From Nemertoderma westbladi (taxonomy: Eukaryota; Animalia; Xenacoelomorpha): DNA of 42,896 nucleotides. Shown here one piece after another: positions 11,433 to 23,773 of the stretch (the stretch's first letter is position 1; every line of letters begins with the position of its first letter). The notes beneath the pieces are model-generated. The model did not search any database. It was given only the letters and a program-made list of their open reading frames with translations, and was not told the DNA's origin. Where the stretch lies: assembly GCA_032718475.1 (NCBI GenBank), contig JAUCBJ010006970.1:1-42896 (forward strand). The letters run 5' to 3'. A program made the position numbers and the translations under genes.

Positions 11433-13208
11433 TTAGTCTTTCTTGCGTGGACGGCGTTTACGCAGTTTTTTAAAGCTAGCCAGAGTCCTTTTCTCTTTGG
11501 GGCGAGCCACTTTACAAGGAGGGCTATAACTCCTGGGTGAAGGGTGCAATATGATTGCATCAGAGGGTGTAGGATTATGGTCGGTGTATCCGCCAGTCGA
11601 AGTACCGGGTTGATTGACATCAACGTCAGGGGAGAGGGGTCTAACGGCTTTGAGAGCTCGTTTCAAGACAGCCGCTCTTACGGGTCCTTTACGAGTGGTC
11701 TGAACGAGGGCCGTGGGTGGACCATAGGCAGTTAGAAACCTCCGGGGTTTAATGGTCCTTTCCAACTCGCGTTCGCGGGCTCGGTATTCGTAAGGCCGTC
11801 GATATACTTCCTGTAACTCAGGGTGTGAGTTAACAAACAAGTCTCCATAGTCCGGATCCTGACGGATATAATTGATTAAGTTATAGGAATGAAGGTCGCT
11901 AGGATTAACACTCCTGAGAAATTTGCGTACGAATTTGGTTGAAATACATTCTCCAACGCGCTTCAGTAGCTCGTAACTTGATATGCGTGATTTCTATTCA
12001 ACCGAAGCGAATAGATAAGGATGGAACGCATAAACTCCTTCGTAAGCGCGTCCGGGATAATAGCGATGGCGCGAATCACAATGTAAATCAGCGTTCGCTT
12101 CCCAAGCTCTGATGTAACGTAGTGTGATCATTTCATCTACGCTTTCCAAATCGTGATTAAAAGGGCAGTCGAAACTAGCATGTCCCTTTAGTTGACAATG
12201 GTGACATTGAGTCATAAATTGAGGGCAAACCGCAAAGATATGCAAGTTATTGAGTCTGCAATATGCGCAATAAATTTCCATAGTCGGTTGTTCTTGGAAA
12301 TAGGAACAGCGGACGTTGGTGTCCATGGGCGTATCGTGGTCTCTCGATGCGCATAACCGACAACGTTGCCTAGAAACATAGTTGGCATGTCGATAATCGT
12401 ACGCAGTGAGACACTGTGGACCTTGATACCATTCTATGATGTAATCGTTGTCGCTGTTCCGGGGCGCGATAGGCTGAATCTCTTCAGATTCTAGACATAT
12501 TGGTTCGTCTTCCAAGTGCATAGCTGAAGTGGGCGCGTCTGTCTCTTCAGGTGGACCTATTGTCTGAATTTCCATGACAGAATAACCTGTGGGGATTCGA
12601 GGTCTTTGTATAACAGAGGAGTGCAAGTTCGATATACAAATCTCTTTGAAAATGGCGAATCCAGCGCTATCCAACTTCTCTGCAGCTGAGTTTCTTAGGC
12701 TGAGTTTGGTCAAAGCGCGGTCTTTAAATTGGCTATCCACGTTGCGGAACGGGGTTAAAAATCGCCGGAAACATTCGAAACGGATGAATTTATTATGTTC
12801 ATCTAGCTTAGCGAGTTTGGTCCCAAGTATTAATGGATGGGCGCGTATAGTACGACTGCACACATCGGCTAGCCAACCGGCAAGTGCGGTGTTTTCAAAG
12901 ATCGTGTATATAGCTAAGGAGGGACGGAGTGGAACACTCATGAAGCTATACACGGCGCCAGGTGCGGTCAATGGTCCATCAAAGTATAATCGAGAATAAT
13001 GGTCTCCGTATACTTGTTGATAGTTAATGGGATTTCCGACTTTGAAATTCCATCCGTATTCCTGAAAGGCAAGATGTCCGATGGAAGTTCGTTGCACCTT
13101 TGTAATGTTGCTAGACGTATTAGCATACATGGTGCGGAAGAAACCTCGACCTTCTGCCCAGGGAGCAATCAGCTGAGTATCAACGAAAGGGTATGGAATG
13201 TTCTCCAT
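11433..13208 (-). CDS. Accessory ORF3 of the BEL element: ~590 codons, three CCHC-like zinc knuckles and a basic C-terminus, interrupted by one TAG (11994-11996)
   Basis: The 404-aa ORF (11994-13208) and 135-aa ORF (11433-11840) share a frame, and the 51 codons between them contain no stop. Motifs CRLCASRDH...C, CAYCRLNNLHIFAVC, CHHCQLKGHASFDC; tail KKLRKRRPRKKD. Confidence 0.75.
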
Positions 13209-13665
13209 GTTCCCATAGGATGACTAATATGTTTTCCGCCATTGATGATCGAGAGCAGAGGAAGACCTATATCGTATTCAGAAATATTCAGAAATACGAC
13301 TTCAGTAGGAGGATTCAATCGTTCGAAGACTATCTCCAAATGAATTTATCCCTAGCGAGGAGGTAAATACCAGTTCAAGGATATGTTTGTCTCAGTTGTT
13401 CTACATAAGATTTATATCTCCAATCATTGAGGGAGGTGAACAACCAGATTTATGACACATAATGGTACCAGTTGTTCACAACTATCTGCGTGTCCTTTCA
13501 GTCCTTGTATCACGGTTGTGGACTTAAGGAAATTATCGATGGTTGATTTTCTATTCAACAACGAGAGGGTGGAAGTTGATATCATAAATATCAACAGAAT
13601 GTGACATGGACAAGAGGTGCGGACACCAATAGGAGCATCCAGATTAACAGTAAGGGATGGGAGGC

Positions 13666-13935
13666 TTAGTAAGGGGCGGTATGATCAATACCACGATACG
13701 GCAATGATTGGTCGATTGTCTCCCGAAGCTCCGAGCGCATTGGGAAGAGAAGGTGGGACAGATATTCCAATTCACGCGCAAGTTGCTTTTGGGACATCGG
13801 CGGTTCGATATAACGACCATCGTCCTCCGTAATGGTTGGATCGGCTTCACCGCGTATTAAGCTATCCACAAATGCTTGTAAAGGTAGAGTATATCGCACC
13901 CTAATACCAAGATCATCTTCTATCAACTCCGTCAT
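13666..13935 (-). CDS. Small acidic ORF (89 aa) inside the BEL element; possibly an upstream part or exon of ORF3
   Basis: ATG-initiated and protein-like in composition; on the element's sense strand just downstream of a long hairpin. No recognisable motif. Confidence 0.3.
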   Translation of the reverse strand: MTELIEDDLGIRVRYTLPLQAFVDSLIRGEADPTITEDDGRYIEPPMSQKQLARELEYLSHLLFPMRSELRETIDQSLPYRGIDHTAPY

Positions 13936-14755
13936 ATCCGCTATCTGAGTTTATTAATATCCAAATAAGTTTATATTTTAGGCGAGCGGGCGTCGCTGCC
14001 TACTTCTCTTTGCCCCCGGACAGTGGGATTCTCAGCGCCGATGTACCGTCGTCGCGGTGTTTACGCCAACATGTAGCAACAGCACGACAACGATAACCGG
14101 CACAAGTCACTCCACTGTCCGTCCCAAAGGCTTGGATCCACTTAGGTTCTTTCTATAGGAGAGTTGGGCTATTTTTACAATTGCGACTAGCTACTGTAAA
14201 CATACTTTAGCAGTAACATTCACCTATAAACGCACAAATTCCACACAACTGTCACCAACTGCACACATACAGACCATTTGTCCGTTAGTCAGTGCCTTCC
14301 AGAATGTCACGTTATTACTGTGTATCCTTGGATACTAGCAGTGTGCTATATTCTCTATGCTATGCAATGGGACAAGCTTTCTATTGTTCTTTTAACTTGC
14401 TTCTAATTCTAGCGTGGGTGTTGCTATGGTGACATTATGGAATGCTAGCGGTAGAATTAGGGTAATTCTCATGCATACAGATCTGGGATGCTATTTAATA
14501 ATAATTCTTTAATTGTCAATATCCTCTTTATGCATGATTTTATTAATTTTATTGGCTATTGACTATATGTTGGAGATTCTCGCACTCTAATACACTCAAT
14601 AGGATGAATCTCCGCTCCCATGATCTATTAATTAATGGAATTTTGGGAATGTTATAAATTGTACAAAATGACAATTTATGAAATTCATTTAAAAATATGA
14701 ATTTAAATTTATTCCCGTGAATTTTATTATTTGATGTTAAAATTGACACAATTTG

Positions 14756-15043
14756 ATTCCAGAGCAGGTCTGGGGACATAGGATCCTTAATTCTAAGAAA
14801 TTTGTCTTTTAAGAGTATCGGTAAGTGCTACGATATCTTAATCGACTAGAATTGTTAACGGATCTGAATTTTACAGATTTTAATAAATATTAAATTAATA
14901 TTTAAGATGGGCACCGATTTATTCCAGAACTTGTCTGGGGACGTTAACCATTGATTCTAGAATTTGTCTTTCAAGTATATCGGTGGGTGCCGCGATATCT
15001 TAATCGACTAGAATTACAGATGGTCAAAAAGTTTAACAGATTT
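14756..15043. repeat. Diverged two-copy repeat (~165-bp period) in the pol-ORF3 spacer
   Basis: ATTCCAGA...TCTGGGGAC...ATTTGTCTTT...TATCGGT...CGATATCTTAATCGACTAGAATT...ACAGATTT at 14756-14880 and 14921-15043. Confidence 0.88.
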
Positions 15044-15547
15044 ATTTGCGTTTTACGCTACTGTTATAGGGACATCACGCTACTATATGTATTATTTAAT
15101 ATAAGGTAGAAGAGCAATATCGCACGAAGCAATGTCAGTGTGAAGAGGCAAGTCGTTTCCAAGGTCTACCCAGAGCTTGGCTTAGCCGAGACACGAGGAT
15201 CTGAACTTTGCATTCCTAATACTCTGCCTACCAATAATACTTGAATATAGTAGTGGCTTTATTGTACTTTAAGAAGTACGGACATTTAATCTTACTGTAA
15301 TATGATACGGACAGTAAGGAAAGAGAAAAATAATTATTTTCTCGCCGTCGCACTAAATATATTATAAGTAATTACGTACGTAATAAACACTAATATATTG
15401 CACTAATCTACTAAATAATCACTAAAATAACATTCTACTAAATAAAATTGAATAAAAACGATTATAATAAAGTACATAATAAAGTTCGCATATAAAAATA
15501 TAACAAAATAGATAAAATAATATAGTCATACACCCACTCCAGACGTA

Positions 15548-18500
15548 TCACGTGGGGGAGTCCCTAGATGTTTGAGGAATTAGGGAGGTGGTCGTGGGAA
15601 GAGTGTCTTGCCTTCCATAGTTCCCGGAGAGTTCTTTGTCTCTTTCCAGTAAACATAAACGACCAACTGGGCGATTGAGTTGTTGCGTCTCAAAGATTAT
15701 GCCTGGCTTCTTGAAGTTACGCCGCATGACGATGAGTTCTACCGAGCGTACTAAACCATCATCTGAGATGTGGGTCTCGATGATACGACCTGTCTGCTAC
15801 CGTTTACGTGGGAGGTCTGGATCTACAATAAGCACCATATCTCCGGCGCTGACGTTTTCTTGCTGCGCAAACCACTTAGTTCGAAGTTGTAGCGTGGGCA
15901 GATAATGTTTCTCGAAATGGTCAGCGAAACGACGGGATAGCAACTGCATAAGTTGCCAAGTTCGACGGCAGTATTCGTCTCCGTCGGCAATCTCCGATCG
16001 TGGGAGCATGGCTACAGGTTTCTTCAGTAGGAAGTGCGCGGGTGTTAGCGCTTCTAGGGAATCGGGACTCGATGAGACTGGCATAAGCGGTCTCTCGTTG
16101 AGATAGGCAGCTATTTCCTCCATTAACGTCCGCAAAAGTTCGTCGGTGAGATACGCGCGGCATGGCACTATAAAGTGAAATGCAGTTTTGACACTTCGAA
16201 TTAATCTCTCCCAACTTCCTCCCCACCAAGGGGCGTCGGCAGCGTTGAAGGTCCAGCTAGACGCTGTTATCCTTAGCTGGTCGTCCATCTGTCTTTGGTT
16301 CCAGTCCTTCACATCAGCCTGTATCTCGTTGTTGGCACCTATGAAGTTCGTTCCTTTATCCGATCTCATGGTATTACTCGTCCCGAAGCGAGCGATCTGT
16401 CGTCGTAAACTTAAGACGAAGCTGTTGGTAGATAGATCGTTCACCATATCGAGATGGATGGCTCTACAAGTCATGCACACGAAGATGACACACCATCTCT
16501 TGACTATAGTCCTCGCACGATATACTTCAATAGGGCCAAATAAATCTACACCAGTATTAGTAAAAGGTGGTTCATAGAAGCTTACTCGTTCCCTAGGTAA
16601 TTCTGCCTCTCGCTGTGTTAAAGGCCTACTGAATGCTTTCCTACAGGGTATGCAGTTCCTAAGAACTTGGTTCAGAGCTCTACGGGGTTTATCAAAATAA
16701 TAGCGAGTGCGAATTTCGCTAAGAATTTGTTCTCTACCAGCATGATAAAGTTTACTGTGAACATCTACAATCATCTTGATTTGTACTTCAAGATTTCTAA
16801 TAAGTATGGGGAATTTGGTGTCAAAGGATAAGGGCGCGTTGGTGAGTCTTCGTCCAACACGTATTAACCCATCTATCATTGTGCTCGAGAATCGATCCCT
16901 TAAGCGCATCTGCGGATTTCTCAACAATAGGAAATACTTTTCGGAATCCTCATAGCATTGCAGGAGTCTCAGTATCTGCCTATTGGTTTCTTCATGCTCC
17001 TGGTGACTAATTTTCTCCTTTAGAAATCGGTCAGATGTCTTATATTTGGGTAAATTTTTAATAACATGAACTTGTGCAGATGTCAATGGAGCAGTATCAC
17101 TAGTGGTCTTCGTCCTGGAGTAGTGATGATGAAAACATCGTCTTAAATATGTGACGGCTTTACAGAGCCGATTCCAGGAACTGTAATGATGCATTGCTCT
17201 CTGCAGCATGGGTGAGATTCCTTGCGAGACGTCTGGTATTCCAGATTTCCAATCTTTATCTCTAATTTCCACAACAGACTTATTTGCGCTGAGGGATTGG
17301 GGATCCGAAGCATCATTCCCGGAAGTATGTAATACAGATAGATCGATAGTCGGTTTAAATAACTTCGATTTACTCGCCCGGGTTTTAGGTTTGACTGTCT
17401 CCGCTCCCTTGGCTTGTCTAATCTCTGCCGTAGTAAGGTGAGGAGGCCATTCATCCTCTTCCTTGCTCAGGAAGTCGGGTCCACCCAACCAATCTGGAGT
17501 ATCTATCAGTTCCTGTGGAGTTGCTCCCCTGGAGGCGATATCGGCTGGATTAATCGTACCAGGGCAATGTCTCCATTGATCTATCTTTGTGCGACTAAGA
17601 ATAATAGCTACTCTGTTAGTAACAAAAACGCTGAACTGACAGACTTCATTGGTTAGATACTCCAACACGAGTAAAGCGTCGGTCCAATAAACCGTTTTCT
17701 CCAGTGGATAGTCGATTTGTTCCGTTACGTTCCGGCCGATGGCTGTAGCGTATAAAGCCGCCTTTAACTCCGCTCGAGGAACCTTTAATTTGTTGTTAAT
17801 CAATGCCTTAGAGGTAACCAAGGCGACTTTGATTCCATCAGGGGTTTCGACTCGCAGATATGCTACTATACCTATTCCCATGTCGCTGGCGTCTCCAAAC
17901 ACATGGAGTTGATAGGAATACGTAGGAAGAACATGGCCAAAATAGGTACGGGAAATTATAAAGTTCTCGATGGCAGGTAGAGAATCTTCCCATTTCATCC
18001 ATTTCTTTAACAATTCTCCCTTAAGCGGATCGTCCCATGAGTGGTTTTCAAGCCACATTTGTTGTACTAAACTCCGAGCAATCAATATGACTGGGCTAAT
18101 AAATCCCAATGGGTCGAAATAAGTGCTCAGGATACTTAAACAAATCCGTTTGGTCCGAACTGGATTATCTCGCTGTTTGAGCTGAAAAAACAGGATGTCT
18201 CTTTCAGTGTCCCACTTCAAGCCAAGCGTCTTGGTTTCAGGAAGATCGTCCTTTATTAAGTCTAGGTCTTTCGCTCCGCGGTCTTCTACCGGTATCGCTT
18301 CCAGAAACTCACGGGAGTTGCTGGTGAATTTCGTCAGTCGAAATCCACCTCTTTTCAAACACTCTACCGTTCCTTTCGCGACATCTATGGCTTCTTCTAC
18401 TGATGGAAGGGACCTTAAATTGTCGTCCATGTATATATTCCGTTTGATGTTGTCTATCACCTCTTTTGAGAAGGAGTCTCGGTTGTCATTCGCAGTGGTT

Positions 18501-21500
18501 CGCACCACGGAGCAGGCGTTGGAAGGGCTTGATATGATTCCAAAGGCCTGGATGGTCATCCAGTATTCTACCGGTTTCTGATTGAGGTCTCCTTCAGGCC
18601 ACCACAGAAATCTCAGGCTGTCTCTATCTCTATCCAGCGCCTTGACTTGTAAGAACATTCCTTCGATATCAGAGGCGAACGCGATGGAGTATTGTCTTAA
18701 TCTCAAAAGTATTCCCAACAAAGATTGGAGTAAGTTGGGTCCGGGTAACAACTCGGAATTGAGGGATTGGCCCATATATAGCGCAGAGCCATCGAATACG
18801 ACTCGGACTTCATGAGGTTTACCGGGTTTGGGAACGTAATGATGTGTTAAGTAATACGTTCTCTCAGTCACTGGTGTTCCTTCCGGTACTCGCTCCGCGT
18901 ATCCCTTTGTTATAAATTTCTTCAGCTGAGTTTGGTACATTTCTTTCGCTGAAGCATTAGCTGTAAGGCGTCGATGTAATTGAGCGATTCTTTTCTCTGC
19001 CAAGGGTCTGTTATTTATAAAACTAGGTTCTCGTTTTCGAAATGGTAGGCCGATTTCATATCTACCTTGATCCTTTAAAAAACGTGTAGTTGTTTCCTGG
19101 ATTTGCTTGGCTCTTTCTTCTTCTATCGATAGAGCCTTATCATATGAATTGGGCTCTACCAGTTCCTGAGTAAAGAATCGTACGGCTAGTTCGTCCCGAG
19201 TTCTAGCGTTGTAGCGCTCTATCTCATCGTTGAGTTCGTCATTGTAAGCGATGGGTTCCGATGGGCGAATCAGTTGACATAGGTTCACCTGATTTTTCCA
19301 AGTTTGGTTTTCTGTAAGTAAGTCGATTGTGTTCTCTTCATCGAAGAGTTGGTAGATGTCGTCATTATCTGAGGAGTATGGTGTTCCCTCAGTTAGTTCG
19401 TCCACCTCACTGCTCTCCACTTCCCAATCGTTTACTTGGTATGTTTGTTCTTGTGGCATTCTCTCTTCGAGAGTCCTGCGGGAAGGGCCAGTAAAGTACC
19501 AACCTACTCTAGTTCTTACCGCATAGGTTTGCAGTGGCTGTGGTTGAGCAGGCCGTTTCTCCAATGTTTCGAGCGCCTCATGCGCGTTCTGGCCGATGAG
19601 TATTTGCACTCCAGGATAATCTGTCTGGAATCGAGGTATCTTAAGATGTTGGATGCTCTCATCCTCGTCCCAATTATAAAGGTCTGCTTGAGTAGTAGCG
19701 AAGTTCTTTATAGCCACCATTTTTACTGACCTTATACCTTGTGCTCCTAACTTATCCTGGGGGGTGGACAACACACCTACATAGTAATCTGCCATTAGGG
19801 TAGATTTCCAAACCTGCATAATTCCTGACATATTCAATTTAGTCCGGAATTTGGGTTGTCCAGCAAAGATATCTTCGGCTAATTCTTGATCGATGAATGT
19901 TCCTGTGCTGCCGGAGTCAAGGAGTGCGTTCACTATGTAACTGTGGTTAGGACCGTGAACTCTTACCTGCACTACAGGAAATTCTCTGATTCCTATGTTG
20001 GAAGTTGGAGCTTTCCAAGATGGTTGTTTGGCAAAAGTAGTTGGGGAAAACTCATTGTTGGTGTCCTTTTCATAAGTAAGTGCTCGATACACTGCGGTAT
20101 TGATTAGATAACAGGATTCGTTGGCGTCTGAGAATTCGTCAGTATAGAATCCTTCCATCTCAGATTCTTGATCAGTGTCGTTTACATCACTGAATTGGAC
20201 ATGTAGTTCGGGCTCACTTACCTGACTCAGTTTGTCTCGTTCGAACTCACTGTGTAACAAGATGTGATGTTTCGCGCCACACTTTGCACACTTTATGTCG
20301 GAGTAACAGGTTCGCCGTTGGTGTCCTGGTCTGAGGCAATTATAGCATAACCGCTTGTCCCATACGACTGCACGTCTGTCTACAAGGGATTTCTTTAGAA
20401 ATTCAGCACACGCACTCAAACGGTGGGTCCCGTCGCACAACGCACAGTTAGGTTTTATGTTACTCACTTTACCTTGGGTAACTTGATGCACTCTCGTTTT
20501 TTCTTCGGGTTTTCTTCGGTGCATTCTGTTAGGAGACTAAGGAGGAGTCTTGACAACCTGTTCTCTCCTATCATTGTTTCGAGCCTTGTATTTACTTACA
20601 TCTTTTGAGGTTTTTTCAACGTAGTAAGATCTCTCAGTGTCTTTCCCGCTGTCCTCTTCTTGAGAAGCTTGGCTTTCGCCGTCGTCAGTGTAACACACCG
20701 GTGTTACTCTTCTCCTAGAAGCGGGTTTCTCACTTACCTTATTTTCCGATGTTTTCTCTCTGGACTGCTTGATGAGTTGTAGTTTTACTTCACCATCTAA
20801 GAAGGACATGAGATCAGTCATGGTAGGGCTTCGTCGTTGTTGTTCATTCATGTACAACACTTTCTTGTCCCAGCGTGTACATACTCCACCCTTTGGTAAA
20901 GTAGAGACTACGGCTCCAATAACCATGGAACTCTGATATTCATGCGACTTACCTAACCAGTCCAATTGTCTACAGATCTCCTGAATTTCATCGGAAAACT
21001 CTATAATCCCGCTACTAAGGAAGTGTCGGGGGGCTACTAATTTTGCATACAAATACTTAGCTATGTTATCCTTGTTACCATACCTGATGTTTAATGTATC
21101 CCATACCTGTCTTAATCCTTCTGGATGTCCAATAAACTTTAACGCCATTAACCTGGGAGGTCCTTCCAAGCACTTGATGAGGAACCTAAGTTTCTCTCCG
21201 TTAGAGAGCACAGAGTTCTGTATGCTGTCTTTGTAATATTCGTTGAAGGGTAACCATTTCATCTCATCTCCATTGAATTTGACGATCTCTCCCACTTTGA
21301 CCGCTTGGCGGGCTTCTGTTCTAGCCATCTGACGCGTAAAGCTTTCTTGGGCCATCGTGTTATTTAATATCGAATTATCGGTATATAAATTTCTCGGATC
21401 ATTATCAGGTCTATAAGGAATATCATTAACAACAGGTCTATAATCACCCTTAATAGGGTTTGCTATAGGAGTTTCTACTTCACTAGCAGTATAGATGCGT

Positions 21501-23773
21501 GTAGGCTCCACACCTTGCGCATGTAATACTTCAGACCTAACAGGTTGACACAATTTTACAGGGGGTATTGGTATCCCTTTTTGGATATTGACTAATTTGT
21601 CGCGTTCTAGCGCGATACTTTGCTGCACTTCTTGCAATTCGGCCCTACCTTCCCTTACTGTTCCCTTAAGTTGGTAGACAGTCTCCTGCATCTGTCCGAG
21701 CAGGAGATTCATCCCCCGCCGTCCCTCCTCTACCCACTCGACCGCCGAAGCGGGAGTCGCCAACATTGTAGCGGGCTGACGTGGGACGACGGGAGACAAA
21801 TCTTTGATTTCTCTCTCAGCTTCCAGGACAGGAATATTCTCATGGACTGTTCTACCGGGTACAGGCAGTATAGTACAGTGTAAAGGGAACTTAGAGTTAA
21901 GCTCTGGAAGTACAGGGGTCTCTAGCACAGGTGTGACTTTGGGAACGACAGGCCTAATTATTTCAGGCTCATCAACTATTGTAGGGAGTCTTTTGACTTG
22001 AATAGTTTGGTATGTGGGTTCCGTACTACCTAAGTCTGTTCTAGCTAGCTGTCTTCTAACAGCTGGGGGCAAATCAGGCAATTTGTGACGGTGAGATGTT
22101 TTTCTACGCCTGCTTAGACGAGATCTATTTCCTCCGCCTCCAGGATCGGTGGTTTCGCTTTCCTCCGATGATGTGTATCCCTGGCGTTTGGGAGTAGATC
22201 GTCTCATCATCTGCATTTGACTAGCAGTTAACTGTTTATTTATGTTGTCTTGCGTCTCTTGCAAATTTTCCAACTCCAGTTGGGTAGTCTGCTCAGACGC
22301 TCTCCGTTCTGCTTCTGCCACTGCCCTTTCCGCCTTTGCTTCTGCCGCCGCTGCCTTTCTTTCTGCTTCTGCTTCTGCCGCTGCTGCCTTTGCTGCTTTT
22401 CTTTCTGCTTCTACTTCTGCCGCCGCTACCTTTGCTTCTGCCGCCGCTGCCTTTCTTTCTGCTTCTGCTTCTGCCGCTGCTGCCTTTGCTGCTTTTCTTT
22501 CTGCTTCTACTTCTGCCGCCGCTGCCTTTCTTTCTGCTTCTGCTTCTGCCACCGCTGCCTTTCTTTCTACTTCTGCTTCTGCCATAGCCGCCGCCTTTTG
22601 TTCCTCTATCCGTCTTTTCTTTACTTGTTCTTCTTGGACTCTAGCGAGGCGGAGTTTTTCATCAAATTCTGCTTGGTTAGCAGCTAACATTTCAGCATCG
22701 ATTGAGTCTAACACACGCTGGGTTCCTTCACTATTAGGGGAAAGTCCAGACAGCCGTCTCCTCAACTCTTCGTCTCCTAGGAATCGCTGATAGTCGGACA
22801 GATAAATGTCTATGGCGTCTCTCGTTCGTGGTTTCTCTGAGGTCTCTTCGCCTTCCACTTGAGAAAGGGTGGCATCGGTTGGTTCTTCATAAGTTAGTCT
22901 CTCAGACAGCTGGGATTTCCACTGGTCCGTTTTTTGCACTTTGAGACCTACCCGCTGGAACCAAGTCTTAACAGAAACCTGCAGCGACGTATCCTGTCTT
23001 CTTTTGGAAGTTTCCTCAAAAGCTGATAGGATTAGTCGAATGCGTAGGGTTCTTTCGCGTACTTGATATAGCAGTTCTTCCTGCTCTTGAGGTCCTTGGG
23101 GTTGTCGAAACAGTTGTTCTTCTAATCGCTCTAAGGAGCCGAAGAATCCCTGCACATATCCTGCTGCCAACCTCTTCCAAACAGCTGGATCCATCGTATC
23201 TTTAGCCACTCCCATCCTGTGTATATCTTCCCAAGTAGCCTCGGACAGATCTAACGGGAGTCCGGGTCCGGGAAAGTTCCATTGTGACTCGACAATAGAC
23301 ATCAATTCTTCCCTGGCGTATCCCGCATAATTATCTTGGGTCGCTCGCTTATTTCTCGCCCAGTCGGCTTGATGTTCCTCCACCGCAATCAATATAGTAG
23401 CTAGCACTGCGGCAGGAAGGGTGAGAAGGGGGTCCGAGTAGGCTTTAGCCGTCATCTGTAATCCGCGTTCGGGGGTCAGCTCGACAGTATCCGAACTACT
23501 GGAGCTATCGGATCGCTGGGAACAAGTTTCTTGACTAGGCTGTTGCTGCTGTGGGACAGCTGCTTCCTGGTTCCGTTTGACTTGGGCCCGAGTGCCGATG
23601 ATAGACCTACGGTGTTGGATTAGCTTAGGGTCCGATACCACTACCGGAGAGATGACCTTTCTTTCAGTAGGAGGTGAGCTGAACTCCTTTCTTAATCGCT
23701 CCACACTCCTATCTGTGTCACAGATGGTTGTATCGATTAGACTGTCTGACAGGTTTTGCTGAGTGTCAGACAT
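15548..23773 (-). pseudogene. BEL/Pao gag-pol polyprotein (single frame, ~2740 codons) with two in-frame TAG stops
   Basis: Gag capsid-like region (KFNGDEMKWLPF...EKLRFLIKCLEG). BEL triple knuckle (CALCDGTHRLSAC, CYNCLRPGHQRRTC, CAKCGAKHHILLH). Protease LLDSGS; RT YMDD; RNase H FGDAS/RAELKAA/WTDA/NPADIASRG; integrase H-H-C-C, GVDLFGP, SDKGTNF, GGSWERL. Stops at 20537-20539 and 15797-15799; the frame continues (QTGRII...DDGLVR...RPVGRLCLL) to TGA at 15548-15550. Confidence 0.95.
22300..22596 (-). repeat. Coding tandem repeat in gag: Ala/Glu/Lys/Arg-rich (AEAERKAAAA)n
   Basis: Reiterated GCCTTTCTTTCTGCTTCTGCTTCTGCCGCC-type units on the + strand, in frame in gag. Confidence 0.9.

Noticed and set aside
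11433-13208. Calling the BEL ORF3 an env gene
   Set aside because: No signal peptide, fusion-protein Cys pattern or C-terminal TM segment is visible; it has zinc knuckles and a basic tail instead.
22242-22790. Plus-strand ORFs rich in Ala/Ser, Cys/Phe or Leu/Pro
   Set aside because: Antisense shadows of the gag Ala-rich repeat.
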